A stretch of 26,654 nucleotides of DNA from positions 1 to 26,654 of IMG/VR virus record IMGVR_UViG_3300009550_000733. One strand, written 5' to 3'. The notes below the pieces were generated by a model that was not told the DNA's origin, did not search any database, and saw only the letters and a list, made by a program, of their open reading frames with translations. Positions 1-6,513 of the stretch are shown piece after piece; position 1 is the first letter of the stretch, and each line of letters begins with the position of its first letter. The position numbers were made by a program, and so were the translations under genes. Origin of the DNA: a virus. Its lineage: Duplodnaviria > Caudoviricetes.

Positions 1-1
1 A

Positions 2-187
2 GACACGGACAACTATGTGGATGGTTTATACGTTAAAGACGGTAGACTCATAAACGGTAGGCCTAACGGAATAAATGGAATCGAAAAAGCGGCTGCACTT
101 AAAAATATGATGGACCGCACAAAACAGATCAACATGATAGCTGATGCGATAGAATTATCACAAGCTAGAAAAAACATGTTTGAGTAA
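2..187 (+). CDS. 3' end of a hypothetical protein (truncated by window start)
   Basis: Open frame from base 2 (DTDNYVDGLYVKDGRLING...ARKNMFE) to TAA at 185-187, followed by a terminator. Confidence 0.75.
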   Translation, partial: DTDNYVDGLYVKDGRLINGRPNGINGIEKAAALKNMMDRTKQINMIADAIELSQARKNMFE

Positions 188-213
188 AATATTTATAGTT
201 GGTTTATTTGAGG

Positions 214-246
214 AAAGAGTCACTTAGTTTTTAAGTGGCTTTTTTT
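214..246 (+). terminator. Rho-independent terminator
   Basis: Stem AGTCACTTA (218-226) / TAAGTGGCT (232-240) with one G-U pair, 5-nt loop, then a T run. Confidence 0.8.
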
Positions 247-256
247 ATGCAATTAA

Positions 257-400
257 ATGAAAAAAACAATAACACAAACAGCAACTTCTGGAAATACAAT
301 AGATATGATTCCATTAGAATTTGATATAAACTATCATATTTTTATAATTTTTGTAGTTTTAATACTCTCAATAATTACAATTGGTGTCAAAAAAGAGTAG
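257..400 (+). CDS. 47-aa single-pass membrane peptide (not in ORF track)
   Basis: MKKTITQTATSGNTIDMIPLEFDINYHIFIIFVVLILSIITIGVKKE; hydrophobic stretch followed by KK; A-rich leader. Confidence 0.45.
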   Translation: MKKTITQTATSGNTIDMIPLEFDINYHIFIIFVVLILSIITIGVKKE

Positions 401-566
401 TTGATGTCGAAAAGATGTCAAAAAAATGTCAAAAATAAAAATCTAACTATCTGATTATCAATTATCGTTGCAAAAATGTTAAAAATAAAATCCAAACCAT
501 AATAAAAAATAATATATATATATAATAGAAAAATATATTTTTAACACAGAAGAAAAATTTTCAACA
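385..566. repeat. Iteron-like repeat array with IHF-like site and AT-rich core (candidate origin or other cis site)
   Basis: TGTYRAAAA at 385, 405, 416, 427 and 477; inverted copies near 538-546 and 558-566; WATCARnnnnTTR match on the minus strand at 444-456; (AT)n core around 500-540. Confidence 0.55.
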
Positions 567-569
567 TTA

Positions 570-600
570 TTGTCACCTTAAATAATTTGTATTACATTTG
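570..600 (+). promoter_or_regulatory. Bacteroidota sigma-A-type promoter for groEL
   Basis: TTG (570-572), 20-nt spacer, TACATTTG (593-600), 21 nt before the ATG. Confidence 0.65.
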
Positions 601-621
601 GTTTAAATTAAATTTAATACA

Positions 622-2250
622 ATGAATCAACAGGAGGGATATACACCAAAAGATTTACATTTTTCACAAGACGCACAACAAAAACTTATAGAGGGTATAA
701 GCAAAATGGCTCGGGCTGTTAAAAGTACCTTAGGGCCTATGGGCAATACAGTGCTGTTAGAGTCACGGGCACATACTCATGGCATTACAGTTACTAAAGA
801 TGGCGTAACGGTAGCTAAGGCCATTAGCCTTATTGACCCGGTGGAGAACTTGGCAGTGCAGATAATGCGGGAGGCTGCCGACAAGACAGCTGCTAACGCG
901 GGTGATGGTACGACCACAGCTATTGTGCTCACTGAGGCTTTAGTAAACGCTGGAGTGGAGCTGATGCAAAAGGGACATAACCGCACTAAGATATTGCGTG
1001 AGCTAACCCAGATTACAGAACAGATAATTAAAAAGCTACGCAAAGGATCTAAAGCGGTAACGTCTAAGAAACTTTTAGATGTAGCGACTATCTCCTCCAA
1101 TAACGATAGGAACATAGGTAAGATTATCAAAGATACTTACAGCGATGTGGGTAAGAACGGTATTGTAACGGTGGAGAAAGCCAAAGGCTCGGATACTACA
1201 TTTGAGACTACCCAAGGTATTAAAATCGACCGGGGATGGTCATCGCCTTTGTTTGTAAATAATCAGAAGAAAGACGAGTGCATCATGGAGGATGTCCATG
1301 TGCTTGTCTCAGATGCCGAGATAAATAATATACTTACCATCGAGAATGTGCTCAAGCCCATTATCAAAGAAGGTAAGAAACTGCTAATCGTAGCACCCTG
1401 TTCTCAAAATGTCATAAACACCCTAGCGGCGAATGTGATGAAGAACAGTTTGAAGCTTTGCGCCATAATCCCTCCTTCCTTTGGCTATAAGCAACATGAA
1501 CTGATGCAAGACATAGCTCTCTCAGTTGGTGCTACTTATTTTTCACAACAGACCGGTGACGATCTGAGCCTGATCGGCTTTCAGGATTTAGGCAAGGCTA
1601 TGAAAATAATCGTGGGTCGTGATAGCAGTATTATCATCAAAGACCAACAGCATATCAGCCAAGACAAAATAGATGCTCGAGTAAGCGAGCTGTGGGATGC
1701 CCATAAAATAACCGAGGCTAAGGACGATAAAGACTTCATACTCTCACGCATCGCCTCCCTTACCGGAGGAGTAGGTGTGATATACGTGGGTGGCAATACA
1801 GACCTGGAACAGAAAGAACTGTATGACCGAGTGGATGATGCGGTCTGTGCTGTCCGCTCCGCCCTTGAACAGGGCATACTACCCGGGGGTGGGCTAGCGC
1901 TGTTCGACCAAGCTAAGATATGTGACACTTTTGTCAACAGTAATAAAATATCTATGGAAAAGTCGATCGCTTACGCGATATTGGGTAAAGCACTAGTAGC
2001 GCCACTGGTTCAAATTTTTTCGAACGCTGGCTATACCGACAAAGAAATAGAGGCTTTTGTCAGTATGGAGCAAATACCTGGGGAGGGCATCAACGTACAA
2101 ACCGGTGAGAAAGGTAATATGATAGCAATGGGGATCATTGACCCTATGAAGGTAACAGGCCAAGCGCTCACCAATGCTGTCTCAGTTGCAAATACTATTT
2201 TATCTACTAACGCTATAGTTACTATGGCACGATCATACGAAGCAAAATGA
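622..2250 (+). CDS. groEL: Phage-encoded group I chaperonin GroEL (Cpn60)
   Basis: STLGPMG, VTKDGVTVAK, AGDGTTT, RVDDAVCAVRSALEQGILPGGG and GIIDPMKV motifs; 542 aa; no C-terminal GGM tail. Confidence 0.97.
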   Translation: MNQQEGYTPKDLHFSQDAQQKLIEGISKMARAVKSTLGPMGNTVLLESRAHTHGITVTKDGVTVAKAISLIDPVENLAVQIMREAADKTAANAGDGTTTAIVLTEALVNAGVELMQKGHNRTKILRELTQITEQIIKKLRKGSKAVTSKKLLDVATISSNNDRNIGKIIKDTYSDVGKNGIVTVEKAKGSDTTFETTQGIKIDRGWSSPLFVNNQKKDECIMEDVHVLVSDAEINNILTIENVLKPIIKEGKKLLIVAPCSQNVINTLAANVMKNSLKLCAIIPPSFGYKQHELMQDIALSVGATYFSQQTGDDLSLIGFQDLGKAMKIIVGRDSSIIIKDQQHISQDKIDARVSELWDAHKITEAKDDKDFILSRIASLTGGVGVIYVGGNTDLEQKELYDRVDDAVCAVRSALEQGILPGGGLALFDQAKICDTFVNSNKISMEKSIAYAILGKALVAPLVQIFSNAGYTDKEIEAFVSMEQIPGEGINVQTGEKGNMIAMGIIDPMKVTGQALTNAVSVANTILSTNAIVTMARSYEAK

Positions 2251-2480
2251 AAAAAATTATAATACTACTTAGCTTAATATTCTTATCATTCACCTGGGGT
2301 GATCCCTTTTGTGAGGGATGGGACGAGGGATACTGCCAAGGATGGGAGTATGTCAAAGGGGAGTTTTCTGTATGCCCAGTGCCGCCTATATGCCCAATCC
2401 CTGGCATTAATCAAACCGGATATCGTGATGGGTATAACAGAGGATTTTTAAGGGGACGTAAAGACGCACAAAAACAATGA
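2247..2480 (+). CDS. Small secreted Cys/Gly-rich protein
   Basis: Signal-peptide-like N-terminus MKKIIILLSLIFLSF; 4 Cys; GxxxG repeats (GWDEGYCQG, GYRDGYNRGFLRG); ATGA overlap with the groEL stop. Confidence 0.75.
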   Translation: MKKIIILLSLIFLSFTWGDPFCEGWDEGYCQGWEYVKGEFSVCPVPPICPIPGINQTGYRDGYNRGFLRGRKDAQKQ

Positions 2481-2569
2481 CCTGGTTCGAGATGATATTA
2501 GCGGTCTTTTCCTATGAGGCACTTAGGTTAGTGGTCAAGGATATAATATTATATTTTATAGATAGATGA
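2477..2569 (+). CDS. 30-aa hydrophobic peptide (not in ORF track)
   Basis: MTWFEMILAVFSYEALRLVVKDIILYFIDR; ATGA overlaps at both ends fill the gap to groES exactly. Confidence 0.6.
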   Translation: MTWFEMILAVFSYEALRLVVKDIILYFIDR

Positions 2570-2823
2570 AACCAATCGGTAAATACATAGTCATAGAGAC
2601 TCAGGAAGAACAACTCAAAACAGCCTCGGGGCTTTTGCTATCTTCAGAAGACACCAACCAACTAAGATACAAAAAAGGATTGATCGTAAAACCAGGGACA
2701 GATGTTTCGGTAATCGAAGAAGGGGAGGTTGTATACTACGATAAACGGGCAGGCTTCTCAATGATTATAAACGATCTTGTTTATACTATAATTCAGGAGA
2801 AGGATATCGTTGTTGTTTTATAA
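2566..2823 (+). CDS. groES: Co-chaperonin GroES (Cpn10)
   Basis: MKPIGKYIVI start, mobile loop KTASGLLL, IEEGEVVYY and IIQEKDIVVVL; same operon as groEL. Confidence 0.92.
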   Translation: MKPIGKYIVIETQEEQLKTASGLLLSSEDTNQLRYKKGLIVKPGTDVSVIEEGEVVYYDKRAGFSMIINDLVYTIIQEKDIVVVL

Positions 2824-3235
2824 GCTTGTTCATTTCTACTATCATATTCCGATATACCTTATCCGAATACTTTACATTGCGCGCAAACATGGGATTATTA
2901 ACTGCTGATGTAGGAATCTCTTCTCCGCTGAGTCTTTTGTAAATTAAATTTATTACACGCTGACATTTGTAGGATAATTGATACAGCGCTTTTCTTTTAC
3001 CCATACGTTTTCTAAATACTTCGATCCAACCATCTCGTTTGAGTTTATCAAAACGGTTTACATTCCACCCTAGAAGGTTGTCAAATTCTTTGAATTTATC
3101 TTTTGAAAATACATCTTCGCTATATAAAAATAATAGCATGTCTAATTCGGCTGTAGAGAGACCATATTTTGCTTTGACAAAGTACCGTATTACGCGCCAA
3201 TACTTTAGGTAGTCGTTGATTTCAAGCTTACTCAT
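2786..3235 (-). CDS. Putative MarR-like winged-helix DNA-binding protein (149 aa)
   Basis: YGLSTAELDMLLFLY...FDKLKRDGWIEV...KRKALYQLSYKCQRVI fits a MarR wHTH pattern. Start moved to ATG 3235, which has a promoter and leader motif and avoids overlap with 3284. Confidence 0.65.
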   Translation of the reverse strand: MSKLEINDYLKYWRVIRYFVKAKYGLSTAELDMLLFLYSEDVFSKDKFKEFDNLLGWNVNRFDKLKRDGWIEVFRKRMGKRKALYQLSYKCQRVINLIYKRLSGEEIPTSAVNNPMFARNVKYSDKVYRNMIVEMNKLIKQQRYPSPEL

Positions 3236-3249
3236 TTTATTAAATTTAG

Positions 3250-3267
3250 TACCTTTGTACAAAGATA
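3250..3267. promoter_or_regulatory. Palindromic bidirectional promoter (two opposed TAnnTTTG elements)
   Basis: TACCTTTG-TA-CAAAGATA: + strand TACCTTTG at 3250-3257 and - strand TATCTTTG at 3267-3260, between divergent starts 3235 and 3284. Confidence 0.7.
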
Positions 3268-3283
3268 TTAAAAAGCACCAAAC

Positions 3284-3691
3284 ATGAAAAACGGAAGAGA
3301 AAGAGACATCAGACACTACGTTGGAGCGACTGTTATATTTACACTTGTGATCGGTTTATTACTTTTTTTATCTTTTTTTCAAATACCAGTTGAGAACAAA
3401 GATATATTTGTTTCTATCGTGGGCATGATAGTGGGGTCGTTATCAGTGGTCATCTATGCCATCATAGGAAAAAATCCAGATGAGGTGGCGGACCTGCAAA
3501 GAAAAAATGAATCCCTTCAGTCTTTAGCTGATCAAATGGAAAAAAGAAATGACCAACTTGAATCTATGATAATTAAAATACAAGAAGATATAATCGACAA
3601 ACTCACGCTTTTAGGAGCGAGCGCTTTTGATACAGTGTTTCACAAAAAGAAAACTTGTACGTGCGACGGGGAAAATTGTGATTGTAATTAA
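3284..3691 (+). CDS. Two-TM membrane protein with coiled coil and Cys-rich tail (holin-like hairpin)
   Basis: Two hydrophobic helices joined by QIPVENKD; heptad region; C-terminal CTCDGENCDCN. Confidence 0.7.
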   Translation: MKNGRERDIRHYVGATVIFTLVIGLLLFLSFFQIPVENKDIFVSIVGMIVGSLSVVIYAIIGKNPDEVADLQRKNESLQSLADQMEKRNDQLESMIIKIQEDIIDKLTLLGASAFDTVFHKKKTCTCDGENCDCN

Positions 3692-3696
3692 TTTTA

Positions 3697-3704
3697 TACC
3701 TTTG
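3697..3704 (+). promoter_or_regulatory. TAnnTTTG -7 promoter element
   Basis: TACCTTTG in the intergenic gap, 24 nt before ATG 3729; TTG at 3676-3678. Confidence 0.6.
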
Positions 3705-3728
3705 CATTATACAGATAAATAATATATT

Positions 3729-3935
3729 ATGGCACACATGACTAACGGAAATAAAGGGCCGATTAAAAGAAGCGAATACGATTCTATACCGTTTAGAAAC
3801 TCAGCTATTGACACCCTGAAACGAGTAAAGATGAATAACTTTAGCTCTAAGGTTAAAGACGTAGAACTTTACGATCCTAAAACCGGAAAGAGTGAAATGA
3901 TTTATAAACCCGCAAAACAGCCCAATGCCAGGTAG
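3729..3935 (+). CDS. Small hypothetical protein
   Basis: 68 aa; follows a promoter; TATTATG start context. Confidence 0.6.
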   Translation: MAHMTNGNKGPIKRSEYDSIPFRNSAIDTLKRVKMNNFSSKVKDVELYDPKTGKSEMIYKPAKQPNAR

Positions 3936-4080
3936 AACTAAAAAAAAAAGCAATAAGATTTGTCCGGCAGGAATTGCGTGGGCCAAAAGGACTTTTGATA
4001 GATATCCTAGTGCATACGCTAATATGGCCGCTAGCAAGTATTGCAAAGATCCTAACTATGCTAAAAAAAGTAAAAGATAA
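3925..4080 (+). CDS. 51-aa basic protein with YPSAYAN motif (not in ORF track)
   Basis: MPGRTKKKSNKICPAGIAWAKRTFDRYPSAYANMAASKYCKDPNYAKKSKR; PSAYA motif recalled from small viral proteins (DUF5872-like); TAATG coupling to the next ORF. Confidence 0.75.
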   Translation: MPGRTKKKSNKICPAGIAWAKRTFDRYPSAYANMAASKYCKDPNYAKKSKR

Positions 4081-4196
4081 TGGACGCAAAAAAACTTAAA
4101 CAAATAGCTAGCGAGCTTAAGAAAGCTTCAGCTATGCATAAAGCACAGGCTACAAAAATAGATCGGATGTTAAAATCCATGAAGCCTAGAAAATGA
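4080..4196 (+). CDS. 38-aa basic helical peptide (not in ORF track)
   Basis: MDAKKLKQIASELKKASAMHKAQATKIDRMLKSMKPRK; TAATG and ATGA overlaps on either side. Confidence 0.7.
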   Translation: MDAKKLKQIASELKKASAMHKAQATKIDRMLKSMKPRK

Positions 4197-4444
4197 AATA
4201 TATAATTTTATTATCGCTTCTTTTATCTTGTGGTACAACTCAAGTAATATCTACTGAAGACATAACCCACAAGACCCATTGGATAGAAGACAATGAATTT
4301 AATCCTGTTTTGGAAGTAATTCAAAAAATATATAAAAATGATGATGTAGAAATTATCATTAAAAAAAAACTAACGACTGACTATGTTAAGCTAATGTTAA
4401 GGCGGGATAAGAAGAGAATTTTAAAAACAACTGTATACAACTAA
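4193..4444 (+). CDS. Putative lipoprotein
   Basis: MKYIILLSLLLSC: short signal with lipobox LLSC. Confidence 0.65.
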   Translation: MKYIILLSLLLSCGTTQVISTEDITHKTHWIEDNEFNPVLEVIQKIYKNDDVEIIIKKKLTTDYVKLMLRRDKKRILKTTVYN

Positions 4445-4445
4445 A

Positions 4446-4574
4446 ATGAGTAAATTAAGTAGAAAACAAAGAAAGATAGCGCGGGCTGCAATGCCTTTTA
4501 ACAAAATCACAGGAGAAGATTTTAAGGCGCTTAAGATGATGAAACAAAAAAATATGTCTAACACTAAAATGTAA
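4446..4574 (+). CDS. 42-aa basic peptide (not in ORF track)
   Basis: MSKLSRKQRKIARAAMPFNKITGEDFKALKMMKQKNMSNTKM; tiles the gap; KITGEDF resembles a degenerate EF-hand-like loop end. Confidence 0.7.
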   Translation: MSKLSRKQRKIARAAMPFNKITGEDFKALKMMKQKNMSNTKM

Positions 4575-4577
4575 GTT

Positions 4578-4727
4578 ATGCCAACAGTTAAAATGTCTAA
4601 CGGTAAAAAAAAGGTATTTCCATACAACGCAGTAGGAAAAGCGCAAGCTCATTCTTTTGCTAAAATGAGCGGGGGTAAATTAAAAAACAACCCTGGTTAT
4701 GGAATGGAGAAAAAAATGGGATACTAA
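4578..4727 (+). CDS. 49-aa basic peptide (not in ORF track)
   Basis: MPTVKMSNGKKKVFPYNAVGKAQAHSFAKMSGGKLKNNPGYGMEKKMGY; TAATG coupling to 4727. Confidence 0.7.
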   Translation: MPTVKMSNGKKKVFPYNAVGKAQAHSFAKMSGGKLKNNPGYGMEKKMGY

Positions 4728-4960
4728 TGGGTGAGCTAAAAAAATGGCGAGAACAAAAGTGGGTTCGCATTGGAACGGACGGTTCGATCAAAGGAGCGTG
4801 CGGAACAAGTAAAGATAAAAAGAACCCTGATCGTTGTTTACCTTTAGCTAAAGCTAGATCCATGAGTAAAGCAGAACGTGCTGCTACGGCTAAAAGAAAA
4901 AAGAAGTTTGGCCGAACACGTCAGTTTGTATCCAACACAAAAGCAGGAAGAGTAACCTAA
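4727..4960 (+). CDS. Basic protein with LKKWxxxKW..CG..CLP motif
   Basis: 77 aa, K/R-rich; motif recalled from DUF5872-like small viral proteins. Confidence 0.8.
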   Translation: MGELKKWREQKWVRIGTDGSIKGACGTSKDKKNPDRCLPLAKARSMSKAERAATAKRKKKFGRTRQFVSNTKAGRVT

Positions 4961-4965
4961 GTATT

Positions 4966-5256
4966 ATGGCCCAAAAATCCAACATGAAATGCAACAAGGT
5001 TGTTGCCTCGGACCGAGCAGGAAAAAAGAAGATGGTTAAAGCTTGCGAGAGTGGGCAAGAGAAGTTGATTCACTTTGGAGCTAAAGGTTACGGACACAAT
5101 TATTCATCTGCTGCACGGAAATCATTTAGAGCCAGACACAAGTGCTCGAGTGCTAAATCAAAGTTAACCGCTAGGTATTGGGCATGCAAAACTTTATGGT
5201 CAGGACCAGGGGGGTCAACCAAGAGTTCGCCAAAAAATAGGCAAGGAAAATATTAG
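4966..5256 (+). CDS. Basic protein with IHFG..GY..RKSFRARH..ARYW motif
   Basis: 96 aa; motif recalled from widespread small viral proteins (DUF5754/DUF6321-like). Confidence 0.8.
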   Translation: MAQKSNMKCNKVVASDRAGKKKMVKACESGQEKLIHFGAKGYGHNYSSAARKSFRARHKCSSAKSKLTARYWACKTLWSGPGGSTKSSPKNRQGKY

Positions 5257-5264
5257 TATATTTG
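5257..5264 (+). promoter_or_regulatory. TAnnTTTG -7 promoter element
   Basis: TATATTTG directly after the stop codon, 18 nt before ATG 5283. Confidence 0.55.
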
Positions 5265-5282
5265 TAGAATAAAATTTATATC

Positions 5283-5498
5283 ATGAAAAAACAAGGTTAC
5301 AACGCAAGATTAGACGAATCCCTAGGCATGAAGCACGGGAAAAAGACTCAAAGCTTTAAGGACCGTAGAGACGAAAGCAAAGCAATGTCAAAAAAATTAT
5401 ACGGACATGCTTACGGTGGCGATCACTCTATGACTTATGAATCACACGGAGAGAAAAGAAGTGTAAAAGATCACATCTCTTCTTTAATCAAAAAGTAA
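5283..5498 (+). CDS. Small basic hypothetical protein
   Basis: 71 aa (KQGYNARLDESLG...RRDESKAM); TAATG coupling. Confidence 0.75.
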   Translation: MKKQGYNARLDESLGMKHGKKTQSFKDRRDESKAMSKKLYGHAYGGDHSMTYESHGEKRSVKDHISSLIKK

Positions 5499-5704
5499 TG
5501 GCAGAGAGAGGCAGAACTAAAAAAGGCGCTTTTCCTGAGATAAAGGAAAAGAACCAAGGCAAATTTACCCGATGGGTAAAAAACAATATGCCTGGTAAAA
5601 GCACATGCAGTGCGGCTTCTGCTGTTATGAGAAACAAAGACAAATATTCTAAAAACGTAGTGGCGATGGCTAACTACGCGAATAATTTTGGATGTAAAAA
5701 ATGA
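5498..5704 (+). CDS. Small basic hypothetical protein
   Basis: 68 aa (IKEKNQGKFTRW...MANYANNF); coupled on both sides. Confidence 0.75.
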   Translation: MAERGRTKKGAFPEIKEKNQGKFTRWVKNNMPGKSTCSAASAVMRNKDKYSKNVVAMANYANNFGCKK

Positions 5705-5805
5705 AAGCAATTAGATACATAAAATGCAAATGGAATCAGCTTCTTTTATTTCTTTCTTTTGAGAAAGTAGAGCTGTGCCCAAATAATATATGCAGTTGTA
5801 AATAA
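5701..5805 (+). CDS. 34-aa Cys-rich peptide (not in ORF track)
   Basis: MKAIRYIKCKWNQLLLFLSFEKVELCPNNICSCK; ATGA and TAATG overlaps. Confidence 0.6.
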   Translation: MKAIRYIKCKWNQLLLFLSFEKVELCPNNICSCK

Positions 5806-5951
5806 TGAAGTCAAAAGGATTAGGGGATACTGTAGCTAAAATAACTAAGGCAACTGGAATAAAAGCTGTGGTAGACAAAGTAACAAATGGTGATTGCGGA
5901 TGTGAGGAAAGACGCGACACTTTAAACAGAATATTTCCTTATAAAAGATAA
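5805..5951 (+). CDS. 48-aa GLGD...CGC peptide (not in ORF track)
   Basis: MKSKGLGDTVAKITKATGIKAVVDKVTNGDCGCEERRDTLNRIFPYKR; pattern recalled from small proteins of aquatic phages. Confidence 0.75.
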   Translation: MKSKGLGDTVAKITKATGIKAVVDKVTNGDCGCEERRDTLNRIFPYKR

Positions 5952-5954
5952 ATT

Positions 5955-6488
5955 ATGGCTTATCAAAAATTACAAGCGGGAAAAGCTTGGCAAGTATACA
6001 AAAGTGACAACACTAATCTACCAGATACGGGACTTCGTGTTTTTTCAAGCGCTCAAGTAACTACTGCCCATGTAGCCGGGGGTACAGAAATAATAAACAC
6101 CAACAGAACTCTTGACGATTTAAGTTATATCTCTTCCGCTGATGGCGGAGGCCAACTAACTAAGTTTACCCTTTGCGGTATAAAACTTGGAATGATTGTA
6201 GTAAACACTACCGACGGCACACAATCAACAGTAACCGCTGTAACTGATACTATTATTTATGTAAAAGATAATATATTTACAGCTTCTCCTAAAAACTTTA
6301 ACATATACGGAGGCACTCAAGAAGGTGCTGTACTTTATGTTGGGACAGCTGGAAATATCAGAGTTACTACTGTAGCTGGTGATGATGTAATCTTTCAAAA
6401 TATAAACACAGGAGCATTTATTCCTGTAAACGTGCTGAAGGTTTGGAGTACAAACACCACAGCGGATAATATTATAGCGCTTTGGTAA
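5955..6488 (+). CDS. Virion protein with head-spike-base-like C-terminus (RcGTA Rcc01079-like)
   Basis: C-terminal LYVGTAGNIRV..G..VIF.NI..GAFIPVNVLKVWSTNTTADNIIALW matches the recalled spike-base pattern; central insertion. Confidence 0.6.
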   Translation: MAYQKLQAGKAWQVYKSDNTNLPDTGLRVFSSAQVTTAHVAGGTEIINTNRTLDDLSYISSADGGGQLTKFTLCGIKLGMIVVNTTDGTQSTVTAVTDTIIYVKDNIFTASPKNFNIYGGTQEGAVLYVGTAGNIRVTTVAGDDVIFQNINTGAFIPVNVLKVWSTNTTADNIIALW

Positions 6489-6513
6489 TTGGTATAATTA
6501 TAACATTTTAGAT

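Noticed and set aside
385-492. Short repeats as a possible CRISPR array
   Set aside because: Units are about 9-11 bp with no unique 30-40-bp spacers, and no cas genes are present.
622-2823. groEL/groES as evidence of host chromosome (prophage flank or chimeric contig)
   Set aside because: Reversed order, intervening phage-like mini-genes, divergent sequence lacking the GGM tail, and a leader motif shared with phage structural operons; no integrase or att site seen.
3236-3316. N-terminal 27-aa extension of the minus-strand ORF as given in the track (start 3316)
   Set aside because: It overlaps the 3284 gene head-to-head and spans the promoter palindrome; ATG 3235 has a proper promoter and leader.
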